DNA from: Deferribacterales bacterium
Lineage (GTDB): Bacteria; Chrysiogenota; Deferribacteres; Deferribacterales; Geovibrionaceae
Assembly (NCBI GenBank): GCA_050253335.1
Contig: JBFWJG010000005.1
Location: 1,585 to 65,584 of the forward strand
Direction of reading: 5' to 3'
DNA: 64,000 nt
The notes under the pieces were generated by a model that ran no database searches, was not told where the DNA came from, and was given only the letters and a program-made list of their open reading frames with translations. How positions within the stretch are numbered: the stretch's first letter is position 1; every line of letters starts with the position of its first letter. This document shows, one piece after another, positions 20,189 to 28,636 of the stretch. A program made the translations under genes and the position numbers.

Positions 20189-20976
20189 CTTGGGATTTAA
20201 GTTTTATAAGTGAAGAATGTCTTACTGAACATATTACTGCTACTATTTGTAAATATGGCGAAAAACTGGAATCTTTTGATTTAAATAAATTTAATAGCAA
20301 TATAGTAGACCCAATAAAATTACTTTTTGATAAAACAGTTTATCGTGTTACTTGGGAAGATATCATAAAAAATGAAATTTTCAGACAACGTGATAAATCA
20401 AATAATAATGATATTGGATACTTTCATCAAAAAATATTTAAATATATTACTGGCTGTGAGGTTCCTGAAGTTGGTTGGGATGTAGTTTATAAGAATGAAC
20501 ATGGGATTATATTACCTGAAGGGGACACCGTTCATACAATTTATGTTGAAATGAAGAATAAACATAATACGATGAATTCAGCATCTTCAAGTAAAACATA
20601 CATGAAAATGCAAAGTCAGATTTTAGACAATGACGACTGTGCGTGTTTTCTGGTTGAAGCAATTGCAAAAAAATCTCAAAACATAAAGTGGGCGGCGACC
20701 GTTGATAATAAAAAAGTGCAACATCGGCTAATTCGCAGGGTGAGTTTAGATCAGTTTTACACTCTTGTTACTGGTCAACAAGATTCATTCTATAAGCTTT
20801 GCATGGCTTTACCAGATATTATTGAAAAGGTTGTTAGTGGCACATCGGAAGTTTCAATCCCTCAAGACACAGTTGTAGATGAATTAAAAGCTATAGCGGA
20901 TACAAATAAAATTTCCTTTGCAATGGCCATTTATATGCTTGGCTTTAGTAGTTATAATGGATTTAAACAATCTTGA
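20185..20976 (+). CDS. Type II restriction endonuclease, Eco47II-like
   Basis: Coupled to the MTase (ATGA overlap); DPIKLLFD, NNDIGYFHQ, GWDV, EMKNKHNTMNS match my recollection of the Eco47II family. Confidence 0.82.
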   Translation: MTWDLSFISEECLTEHITATICKYGEKLESFDLNKFNSNIVDPIKLLFDKTVYRVTWEDIIKNEIFRQRDKSNNNDIGYFHQKIFKYITGCEVPEVGWDVVYKNEHGIILPEGDTVHTIYVEMKNKHNTMNSASSSKTYMKMQSQILDNDDCACFLVEAIAKKSQNIKWAATVDNKKVQHRLIRRVSLDQFYTLVTGQQDSFYKLCMALPDIIEKVVSGTSEVSIPQDTVVDELKAIADTNKISFAMAIYMLGFSSYNGFKQS

Positions 20977-20991
20977 TATTGTTTAGATTTT

Positions 20992-21023
20992 TGTCTGGTG
21001 CCTCTATTTATAGGCACCAGACA
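20992..21023. terminator. Bidirectional terminator between the RM pair and dapL
   Basis: Perfect 12-bp stem TGTCTGGTGCCT/AGGCACCAGACA with AT-rich flanks. Confidence 0.7.
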
Positions 21024-21037
21024 TTAAATATATTGAT

Positions 21038-22267
21038 TTAGAATACGAATTTGTCTTCGCCTAAGCGTCTGTCAATTTCGTTTATTATTCTTGTTTCCTC
21101 TTCCAGCGTGTCCGCTATGAAGGTTACCGTGAAGCGGAGGAAGTTGCCTGCGTCGTCCCACGGAACTGAGCTGATGTATTTTTCTCTTATCATATAGTCG
21201 CAGAACTGCTCGCCGCTTTCGAACTTTTTGCCGGAGGCTGTTCCCTTGGGGATCTCAAAATAGAGGTAGAAGGTTCCCTTGGGTTCGTTCACGAAGAAGC
21301 CGTGCTTGCGCAGAACGGCAGCAAGCGCTTTAAGCCTGCGTGAGTATTTCTCTGTGATCCTTTCTATAAGCGCAGTGTTTTCCAGAGCGTAGGCGGCTGC
21401 CTTCTGAATCGGGATAAACTGGCCTGAGTCGTTGTTGTCCTTAATTGTGGCGAATGCTTTTACAAGGTGCTCGTTTCCGCACACGAAAGCCATTCTCCAG
21501 CCTGTCATGTTGTATGACTTGCTGAGTGAGTGGATTTCGATGCCAACCTCTTTCGCTCCGGGAACGCTGAGGAAGGAGGGCTGTTTTTCGCCGTAGGTGA
21601 GTTCGATATATGCGGCATCGGATATGACCGCTATGTCGTTCTTCTTGGCGAATTCAACAACCTTTTCATAGAAGGACAAGGGCGCGAGGGCTCCCGTGGG
21701 GTTGTTGGGGTAGTTCATATAAAGGAACTTCGCCCTTTTCAGTATATCCGCGGGTATGGAGTCCAGATCGGGGAGGAAGTTGTTTTCTTTTGTGAGTTTG
21801 AGGTTGTAAACCTCGCCGCCGAGATACTTTGTGATTGTGCCGGAAACAGGGTAGCCGGGAACAGTCATCAGCGCAACATCGCCGGGGTTGATAAGGCAGA
21901 AGGGAACGAAGGCAAGGGCAGGTTTTGAGCCTATGCTGTGGTTAACTTCCGTGTTCGGGTTTATGTCAACGCCGAAGCGCTTTTTCATATATTTCGCGGC
22001 GGCGTCTTTAAACTCCTGGATACCGTTGTCGGAGTAGAATCTGTTTTCTCTTTTTTTCGCCTCAAGGCAAAGAGTTTCAACAACGGATGCATCAGCCATT
22101 TCGTCTGGCTCGCCCACGCCCATGTCGATAAGCTCGATGTTGGGGTTGGCTTCCATAGCCGCTCTTTTCGCTCTTTTGATCTTTTCGAATTTGTAGATTG
22201 TGGTGTCCTTGCCGAACATCTTTCCGCCAAGGCGCTCAGCAATGATGTTTTCCATGAAAATACTCAT
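21038..22267 (-). CDS. dapL: LL-diaminopimelate aminotransferase
   Basis: DMGVGEPD, NYPNNPTG, DAAY, SLSKSYNMTGWR; class I/II PLP aminotransferase. Confidence 0.85.
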   Translation of the reverse strand: MSIFMENIIAERLGGKMFGKDTTIYKFEKIKRAKRAAMEANPNIELIDMGVGEPDEMADASVVETLCLEAKKRENRFYSDNGIQEFKDAAAKYMKKRFGVDINPNTEVNHSIGSKPALAFVPFCLINPGDVALMTVPGYPVSGTITKYLGGEVYNLKLTKENNFLPDLDSIPADILKRAKFLYMNYPNNPTGALAPLSFYEKVVEFAKKNDIAVISDAAYIELTYGEKQPSFLSVPGAKEVGIEIHSLSKSYNMTGWRMAFVCGNEHLVKAFATIKDNNDSGQFIPIQKAAAYALENTALIERITEKYSRRLKALAAVLRKHGFFVNEPKGTFYLYFEIPKGTASGKKFESGEQFCDYMIREKYISSVPWDDAGNFLRFTVTFIADTLEEETRIINEIDRRLGEDKFVF

Positions 22268-22280
22268 TAATACCCCCTGA

Positions 22281-23216
22281 TTATTTGCTTTTAAGCCTGT
22301 TTATTTCATTTCTGATTTCTGTTTCGCAAAGGTCGCATGAACTGTGGGTGCATTCATCCCCGCAGGGCTCGATGTGTATCTGAACATCTGCGCCGCCCAA
22401 AGTTTGCGCTATTTCTTTTTCAATCATATCCGCGATGGTGTGGGCATCCTCAATCGTCAGGAGTCTGCTCACCTGAACATGAAGATCCGCGAATTTCTCC
22501 GCTCCGGCTTTGCGGGTGCGGAGTTTATGCCAGCCGACTATAACACAATTATACTGATTAAGTACACCGTGGATTTTTTTTAAGTCGTCCTCATTCAGAG
22601 CCTTGTCCACAAGGTCTTCGGAGACCTCTTTCCCGAGGACTAGGGCAGAGTAGACAGTCTTTAATGCTATCAGAACGGATATGAAAGGGTCAATGGCATT
22701 TATGCCCGTAACTTTCACAAGCACAAGCCCGAGAAGGACTCCGCCGCCGGTGAGAAGGTCTATTTCATAGTGTAGCGATTCGGTTTTCAGGATGGATGAG
22801 TTCTCCTTCTTTGCCACCTTCCGCAGGAAGATAACAAGGAGGAGGGTCACAGTGAGGGAGAAGAGCATAATCCATATGCCCCCCTCTATGCTTTTCACCT
22901 CTCTTCCGCTTTCAAAGCGCCTGTAGGCTTCGTAGAGTATGTAAAGACCGGAAAGGGTGATGACCCCTGCCTGAATGAGCGAGGCCAGAGACTCAAATTT
23001 TGCGTGGCCGTATCGGTGATCCTTGTCCGGCGGCTGTTCGGACTGCCTGATGGCGAAGTAATTCACTGTGGAGGAGCCTATGTCCAGAATGGAGTCCACG
23101 GCGGAAGCGAGGACAGAAACAGAGCCTGTGAAAACGCCGCCGATAAGCTTGACAACGGCGAGCATGAAGGCTGTGTTTACTGAAATGAGAGTGGCAAGCT
23201 TTTTACCGGGAAGCAT
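22281..23216 (-). CDS. Cation diffusion facilitator (FieF-like)
   Basis: ASAVDSILD, HRYGHAKFE, LHYEID, HTIADMIE, IHIEP; start moved to ATG 23216. Confidence 0.9.
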   Translation of the reverse strand: MLPGKKLATLISVNTAFMLAVVKLIGGVFTGSVSVLASAVDSILDIGSSTVNYFAIRQSEQPPDKDHRYGHAKFESLASLIQAGVITLSGLYILYEAYRRFESGREVKSIEGGIWIMLFSLTVTLLLVIFLRKVAKKENSSILKTESLHYEIDLLTGGGVLLGLVLVKVTGINAIDPFISVLIALKTVYSALVLGKEVSEDLVDKALNEDDLKKIHGVLNQYNCVIVGWHKLRTRKAGAEKFADLHVQVSRLLTIEDAHTIADMIEKEIAQTLGGADVQIHIEPCGDECTHSSCDLCETEIRNEINRLKSK

Positions 23217-23217
23217 A

Positions 23218-24108
23218 TCAGTTTTCCGTGGTCTCCTGTTTCGGTTTTCCGAAGAAGTTGAACCAGATGCTGAACAGCCCCACAAGGGCAAGCGCCAGCA
23301 TAAGGGGCGGTTCAGAGAAAATGATTATATAAATGATAGCCTTGAATATGCCCGCAAGCTTGAACCTGTGCACCCAGTGGCGAAGAACCTCAAAACCCTG
23401 AATGAGATAAAGACCGCCGAAGACAAGCAGAGTGTTGAACGCCGCGGAGCGCAAGTAAAGATCCCCCGTGAAGAAGAAGGCGAGCCCCGCCAGCATAACC
23501 CAGACAAGGTTGTCAGGCAGGCGGAAGACCTCGTGTTCGCATTTTTTGATTTTGTAGAAGAATGTCTTGGTGAAATAAGCAACAAGCACAGAGGTGAGGA
23601 ATATCATTCCCGGAAAAATCAGGACAAGGGAGAGCGCCGCCATGTCCATGTTCTTTTCCACAATTGCGGCATATGCCGCCGCTCCGGTGTCGGGAGCTTT
23701 TTTTGCCGCCTCCACCAGAATTTTGAGCACAGAGGTCACATTCTCCGTAAGGGATGCGCGGACGCTTTCCACGAAAAAGACAAGCACCGAAGAAAGGATG
23801 AAGGCGGGGATAGGAGCCGCCGCAACGGGCAGCCAGCCGGATTCAGGCCTGTTCTGCCAGCGGTAGATCATAAATGCGGTGAAGATAACCGTCACAGCGT
23901 AATAGGCTGTAAAGTAGGGTTCGTAGGCGGCGCATGAGCCTGTCAGAACGAGGAAAAGTATATCCGAACGTTTTTCTCTCGCCGGATCTGTCAGATAAAG
24001 AAGCAGAAGCAGCGGGGAGAAAGGGATGAACAGCCCCCCGAATGTGGGGAAGAATAATATTGCTGCGAAAAGGGCTATGCTTGCCGCCGGAAGATAGAAA
24101 ACTCTCAT
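23218..24108 (-). CDS. DUF2232/YybS-family membrane protein
   Basis: Hydrophobic; FRLPDNLVW, QGF; this family normally follows rpsR. Confidence 0.8.
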   Translation of the reverse strand: MRVFYLPAASIALFAAILFFPTFGGLFIPFSPLLLLLYLTDPAREKRSDILFLVLTGSCAAYEPYFTAYYAVTVIFTAFMIYRWQNRPESGWLPVAAAPIPAFILSSVLVFFVESVRASLTENVTSVLKILVEAAKKAPDTGAAAYAAIVEKNMDMAALSLVLIFPGMIFLTSVLVAYFTKTFFYKIKKCEHEVFRLPDNLVWVMLAGLAFFFTGDLYLRSAAFNTLLVFGGLYLIQGFEVLRHWVHRFKLAGIFKAIIYIIIFSEPPLMLALALVGLFSIWFNFFGKPKQETTEN

Positions 24109-24145
24109 ATATTTAATGCTCTTTATGTTTATTGATGTCCGCCTA

Positions 24146-24174
24146 ATGTTAGCCGTAAAAATGTTTAATGTCCA
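24146..24174 (-). promoter_or_regulatory. Putative promoter of the DUF2232 gene
   Basis: TGGACA-N17-TAACAT; the -35 overlaps the palindrome TTTAATG-TC-CATTAAA (24164-24179). Confidence 0.5.
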
Positions 24175-24246
24175 TTAAATGATCCTTTTTTATTATTCTA
24201 ATGGTGCACCTTGTAACACGAAAATGGGAATTCATGGCACACCCCG

Positions 24247-24276
24247 TTGACACAGTCATCAGGAAAGGGTTAATAT
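24247..24276 (+). promoter_or_regulatory. Putative promoter of the SAM methyltransferase gene
   Basis: TTGACA-N18-TAATAT; SD AAGGAGG downstream. Confidence 0.5.
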
Positions 24277-24300
24277 TCATGTTCATTAAGGAGGCGCGGT

Positions 24301-25086
24301 ATGGATTCCGGAAAAACAAGGGAACAGCAGGAAAAGTTCTGGAACAGTAGATCTGAAACTTTTCCCCGCTATGAGGAAGGGGAAGACAGCTATGAAGCGG
24401 GAATGCTGAATGCCGCCCGCAGTCTCGGCGTTGTGTTTAAGGATGCGGAGGTTCTTGATGTGGGCTGCGGAAGCGGTATGTACACCATACGCCTCGCAAA
24501 AGAGGCGAAGCTTGTTACCGCAGTTGACATTTCGGGCGAAATGCTCCGCATACTCAGAGAAGATGCCGCCGCGCAGGGGCTGACCAATATAGACACGTAT
24601 CAGTGCGACTGGCCGGAGTTTAAATCTGACAGGAAGTTTGATGTGGTTTTCTGCTCCATGACACCCGCAGTGCAGTCTGACGAAGGGCGGGAGAAGCTTC
24701 TCCGCCATGCCGGAGGCTGGGTTGTCTACATGGGTTTTGCAGACCGCATTGATAAGGGGATGGCGGCAAAACTATATGAGCATTACGAAATAAAGCCCAA
24801 GCAGTTTCACGATGCACTGCTCATGCGTAAGTGGCTTGAGTCAAAGGGGCTGAGTTTCTCTTCATATTCTGCAAAGGGTGAGTGGGTTATACCAAGAACC
24901 CGTGACGAGGCGATGTCCATCTGCGGCGGCATCCTTAAAATGCATAATCTGGAGCCGGATGCGGATGTCATGGATATGTGCCTCCGTGAAAGCCTTGATG
25001 AGAACGGCAGATATACCGAACGTACGGAGTATAATATTGATATGATTGTATTCGATATGCGGACACAAAAAAAGGGAGCCTTTTAG
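24301..25086 (+). CDS. Class I SAM-dependent methyltransferase
   Basis: VLDVGCGSG, VDISGEML; the last 9 codons and the stop lie inside the terminator repeat. Confidence 0.9.
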   Translation: MDSGKTREQQEKFWNSRSETFPRYEEGEDSYEAGMLNAARSLGVVFKDAEVLDVGCGSGMYTIRLAKEAKLVTAVDISGEMLRILREDAAAQGLTNIDTYQCDWPEFKSDRKFDVVFCSMTPAVQSDEGREKLLRHAGGWVVYMGFADRIDKGMAAKLYEHYEIKPKQFHDALLMRKWLESKGLSFSSYSAKGEWVIPRTRDEAMSICGGILKMHNLEPDADVMDMCLRESLDENGRYTERTEYNIDMIVFDMRTQKKGAF

Positions 25087-25098
25087 GGGGCTCCCTTA
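25058..25098. repeat. Copy 1 of a ~41-bp direct repeat (terminator hairpin)
   Basis: TGCGGACACAAAAAAAGGGAGCCTTTTAGGGGGCTCCCTTA. Confidence 0.9.
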
Positions 25099-25103
25099 AC
25101 AGT

Positions 25104-26240
25104 TTAGTTTTTTATGGTTTTCACCAGCAAAACGGAGGCAGTAAAAAGCATTACCGCCTGCAGCAGAAGAATACTGCTGATAAGATCCGCAGATCTGAAT
25201 ACGCCTATTATGAAAGGTACGGTGAAATACCCTATGCCCCAGAACATGAAGTAAACTCCGGACGAGGCTCCGGCATGGGCAGAATCAGCGTTGAGCTGGA
25301 GATACAGCATTGAGGCTATGCTGAAAACACCAAGCCCTGCCGTAAAGATCAGCAACCCGCCGAAAAGCAGAATCCCGTCATTGCCGATGATTGTCAGCAA
25401 GCCTGCTCCCATGGAAAGCATTCCGATCGGGAGCGCCTGTCTGAGGTTGTGTGCCTTCACAATCCTCCCGGAAAAGATCTGGGTCATCCCCAGAGTAAAA
25501 AAGCTCAGAGAGAAAGCAGTGTTTGCAAGGCCGTGATCCATGTTTTTTACTGACAGCACAAATGCCGGAATAACACTGACAATCAGCCCGTATGATGCCC
25601 CGTACATAACTATACCAGCCAGAACGGATTTGTTGAGCGAGCCGATTATGTTCATCATACTGGTTTTGGTATCGCTTTTCCTGAGTGTGCGGTATTCAGG
25701 GGAAATCATTGTCAATACAATGAATCCTCCGATTACGGAGGCGGCGGAAAAACCCAGAAATGTTGACTGCGCTCCGAAGACGTCTGCGATATATGTTCCC
25801 GCCAGAGGGCCCGCAGTAAGCCCGAAATGGAAGGAGGCCGTGTACCAGCCCATTGCCTGTGCCTTATTCTCAGGGTAGAGCATTGCCAGCAGTACGGGTG
25901 AAAGCGACCAGAGCGGTGCTTCCCCTATCCCCTGAATAATTCTGCCGATGATCAGCCACTGTGCCGAGCCTGCCGAAAAATAGACAATGCCGGATACCCC
26001 GCACAGAAGAAACCCCGCTATGATGACAGGCCTGAAACCGAAACGATCTGCAGCCTTCCCGAGCGGATACTGGGAAAGGATGTAAGCCAGACCGAAGGCA
26101 GAGGCAAGAAAACCGCTCATGGCGGCGGAGCCTGACAGCTTTGTCATTTTATCCGGCAGATAGGTAAAGCAGATACCAAGTCCGAACATGATTATGAATA
26201 TACTGCTGTTGACAGCAGCCATATAACGTATTGATGACAT
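25104..26240 (-). CDS. MFS transporter (DHA1-like exporter)
   Basis: Motif A GKAADRFGFR, GRIIQGIG; about 12 TM segments; SD AAGGAG. Confidence 0.9.
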   Translation of the reverse strand: MSSIRYMAAVNSSIFIIMFGLGICFTYLPDKMTKLSGSAAMSGFLASAFGLAYILSQYPLGKAADRFGFRPVIIAGFLLCGVSGIVYFSAGSAQWLIIGRIIQGIGEAPLWSLSPVLLAMLYPENKAQAMGWYTASFHFGLTAGPLAGTYIADVFGAQSTFLGFSAASVIGGFIVLTMISPEYRTLRKSDTKTSMMNIIGSLNKSVLAGIVMYGASYGLIVSVIPAFVLSVKNMDHGLANTAFSLSFFTLGMTQIFSGRIVKAHNLRQALPIGMLSMGAGLLTIIGNDGILLFGGLLIFTAGLGVFSIASMLYLQLNADSAHAGASSGVYFMFWGIGYFTVPFIIGVFRSADLISSILLLQAVMLFTASVLLVKTIKN

Positions 26241-26334
26241 AAAAATAACTCCTTAGATAAGTGGACACAGTTTCAGGAGTACGCCTTGTATTGCGGTGTT
26301 GATTTAAAACGGACTCCGAATGCCGGTTAAAGAA

Positions 26335-26394
26335 TCAGGCAGTCGGAGGAGGAGGGGTAGTGCCGAAAAGTTTGTGGAAATCTGAAGCAGACAT
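26335..26394 (-). CDS. Putative leader peptide MSASDFHKLFGTTPPPPTA (19 aa)
   Basis: Manual translation; SD-like AGGGA 8 nt upstream; lies within the predicted 5' leader of the MFS gene. Confidence 0.55.
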   Translation of the reverse strand: MSASDFHKLFGTTPPPPTA

Positions 26395-26417
26395 TTTTAT
26401 TTCCCTGTTTTTTTGTG

Positions 26418-26446
26418 AGTATCGCCGTGCTCCCGTGCATTGTCAA
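26418..26446 (-). promoter_or_regulatory. Putative promoter of the MFS leader transcript
   Basis: TTGACA-N17-GATACT; implies a leader of about 170 nt. Confidence 0.55.
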
Positions 26447-26481
26447 TAAATATATCATACGTGCCTTTGGCGGTGGTGCAG

Positions 26482-26523
26482 TGCGGACACAAAAAAAGGG
26501 AGCCTTTTGAGGGGCTCCCTTTA
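26482..26523 (-). terminator. rpsR intrinsic terminator (copy 2 of the direct repeat)
   Basis: Minus strand AAGGGAGCC-CCTCAAAA-GGCTCCC-TTTTTTT, 25 nt after the rpsR stop. Confidence 0.85.
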
Positions 26524-26548
26524 ATATTTTATCGCTGTCTGCTTCAGC

Positions 26549-26779
26549 TTATCTGTCGAGGCTGAAGGGAAGAAGGATGATGGTACGTGCGGTTTTAACA
26601 GCAGAGGCGAGTGCTCTCTGGTGTCTTGCGCATGTGCCTGTAAGCCTTCTGGGCATTATTTTACCTCTTTCGGTTACGAAACCTCTGAGGAGTTTAGCGT
26701 CTTTGTAGTCTATATCGATTTTTTCCGCGCAGAATCTGCACACTTTCTTTTTCTGAAATTTTCTTCTTAAAACAGCCAT
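26549..26779 (-). CDS. rpsR: 30S ribosomal protein S18 (zinc-binding type)
   Basis: [32 protein letters not shown]. Confidence 0.97.
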   Translation of the reverse strand: MAVLRRKFQKKKVCRFCAEKIDIDYKDAKLLRGFVTERGKIMPRRLTGTCARHQRALASAVKTARTIILLPFSLDR

Positions 26780-26807
26780 TTTATATAGTCCTCCGTTTGC
26801 TCAGCGC

Positions 26808-27224
26808 CTAAAACGGTATGTCGTCTTCGCTGAAATCGTCGCTGCTGCCGCCGCCTGAAGAGAAGCCGCCGTCACTGCCTGAATATTCTCCTCCCTTGTC
26901 TCCTCTTCTTGATGAGACAAGCTGGATATTTTCGGCGATTACTTCATGCTTGCTGCGTTTCTGTCCTTCCTGTTCCCAGACATTCTGGGAGAGGCGTCCT
27001 TCCACCAGTACAGGGCTGCCTTTCGTGAGGTATTCCCCGCAGATTTCGCCGAGTTTGCCGAAAGCCACTATGTCGATGAACATCGTTTCTTCCTTGTCCT
27101 TGCTTCTTCTGCTGTTGACAGCGAGACCGAACTTGGCCACTGCGAGATCCCTTCCGGGAACATATCTTACTTCGGGGTTGCGGGTACAGTTGCCCAGCAG
27201 TACTACCTTGTTGAAAAAGCCCAT
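26808..27224 (-). CDS. ssb: Single-stranded DNA-binding protein
   Basis: NKVVLLGN, VEGRL, C-terminal DDIPF. Confidence 0.97.
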   Translation of the reverse strand: MGFFNKVVLLGNCTRNPEVRYVPGRDLAVAKFGLAVNSRRSKDKEETMFIDIVAFGKLGEICGEYLTKGSPVLVEGRLSQNVWEQEGQKRSKHEVIAENIQLVSSRRGDKGGEYSGSDGGFSSGGGSSDDFSEDDIPF

Positions 27225-27257
27225 GGTAAATTCCTTATCCGGCGGATATTTATAGTG

Positions 27258-27698
27258 TTATTCGGAAGTTTCTTCCGAGTCAGTCTCTGCTGCCGCTTCA
27301 TCCCCGTCTTCAAAGGGAGCTCTGTCCTCTCTGGGTCTTCTGGGGTTGACTTTCTTGCCCTTTCTGTCGGGTCTGGGAGCGGGGTCTTTTCTGGGTTTCA
27401 GTTTGAATTTCTTGTCGTCGATTTTAACGATGCAGAATCTGAGAACGTCTTCGCTGTAGCGGTAGCGTTTTTCAAGCTCTTCGTTGTAGTTGCCGCTTGC
27501 GTTGTACTGAATAAGGAAGTAGTAGCCTTCGCGGTAGTCCTCAACTTCGTAGGCGAAAGAAAGTTTGCCCCAGGGCTCAACTTTAAGAATTTCGCCGCCG
27601 TTCTGCTCAATGTTCCCCTTGAAGAATTCAAGGTTTGCGTCAATCTCTTCCTGCGTAAGGTCGGGACGGACGATAAAAATAGTTTCGTAAGTAACCAA
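27258..27698 (-). CDS. rpsF: 30S ribosomal protein S6
   Basis: YETIFIVRPD, WGKLSFAYEV, EGYY; TTG start with SD AAGGAGG. Confidence 0.95.
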   Translation of the reverse strand: MVTYETIFIVRPDLTQEEIDANLEFFKGNIEQNGGEILKVEPWGKLSFAYEVEDYREGYYFLIQYNASGNYNEELEKRYRYSEDVLRFCIVKIDDKKFKLKPRKDPAPRPDRKGKKVNPRRPREDRAPFEDGDEAAAETDSEETSE

Positions 27699-27702
27699 TT
27701 TG

Positions 27703-27752
27703 TCCTCCTTTTGGTTAAAGCCGCAGATTCATCAGCTCTGCAGCAAGGCAGA
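27703..27752 (-). promoter_or_regulatory. rpsF leader, candidate S6:S18-binding RNA element
   Basis: CCTT anti-SD, inner stem GCTGCAG/CTGCGGC, unpaired ACCA, then AAGGAGG. Upstream TTGACT-N17-TAAAAA (27786-27758). Confidence 0.55.
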
Positions 27753-27898
27753 AGATCTTTTTATCAATACATATGCGTTAAGTCAACCGAAAAGATCCTT
27801 TTTTATGGTGGATCAGGGGCATCCGCCCAATATTATTGTTATCATTATACACAGATGTGTATTGAGCGGCAGACTGCTATTTATAAAGGAGGTTTACC

Positions 27899-28627
27899 AT
27901 GAAGAGTGTGCTGGCGGTGATTATGTTTCTGATAACCGCTTCGGCTTATGCTGGGGAATCAGTTGTGTATAAGTACGGAAACACAGAGTATGAGGGGTAT
28001 TACTCGCCCGTTTCGGCGCAGGCTCCTCTGGTTCTCATCGTGCATGACTGGGACGGTCTGGACGGGTATGAGATCAAAAGGGTCGAAATGCTTAACAAAC
28101 TGGGTTATTCTGCATTTGCCGCTGATATGTTCGGAAAAGGCGTCCGCCCTGCGGAAATTGCGGAGAGGAGACGGCTCACGAGCGAACTTTACGCTGACAG
28201 GGAAAAAATGAGGCAAATCCTTCAGGCCGGTGTTGACAAGGCCGAATCCTTAGGCGCGAACACCGGCAGCGCGGTGATTATAGGCTACTGCTTCGGCGGA
28301 ACCGTTGCTCTGGAATACGCAAGGAGCGGCGCGCCGCTCAGGGCGTTTGTCTCATTTCACGGCGGTCTTGACACCCCCGAGGGGCAGGACTATTCCGGAA
28401 CAAAAGGGGAAGTGGCTGTTTTCCACGGAACGGCTGACGCGGCCGTAAGTATGGAGAGCTTCGCAAAGCTTGCCGATGAACTCGAAAAGGCAGGGGTAAA
28501 GCATGAAATGCACACATACAGCGGCGCGCCCCATGCGTTCACGGTTTTCGGCTCCCCGAATTACCGCAGGGATGCGGACGAGAAATCGTGGAAACGCTTC
28601 ACGGAGTATCTGAAAGAAATTTTTTAA
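27899..28627 (+). CDS. Dienelactone hydrolase family protein (exported)
   Basis: Signal peptide; HDWDG, GYCFGG, FHG, HAFT. Confidence 0.9.
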   Translation: MKSVLAVIMFLITASAYAGESVVYKYGNTEYEGYYSPVSAQAPLVLIVHDWDGLDGYEIKRVEMLNKLGYSAFAADMFGKGVRPAEIAERRRLTSELYADREKMRQILQAGVDKAESLGANTGSAVIIGYCFGGTVALEYARSGAPLRAFVSFHGGLDTPEGQDYSGTKGEVAVFHGTADAAVSMESFAKLADELEKAGVKHEMHTYSGAPHAFTVFGSPNYRRDADEKSWKRFTEYLKEIF

Positions 28628-28636
28628 GAAGGAACA

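Larger units (their letters stand above)
18967..21036. mobile_element. AT-rich restriction-modification islet bounded by 10-bp direct repeats
   Basis: Abrupt AT shift; AATATATTGA at 18967-18976 and 21027-21036. Confidence 0.6.

Noticed and set aside
26255-26280. AAGTGGACACAG..GGAG resembling an IS3-family left end
   Set aside because: No terminal TG, no partner inverted repeat and no transposase remnant; the GGAG is better explained as the anti-SD segment of the MFS leader.
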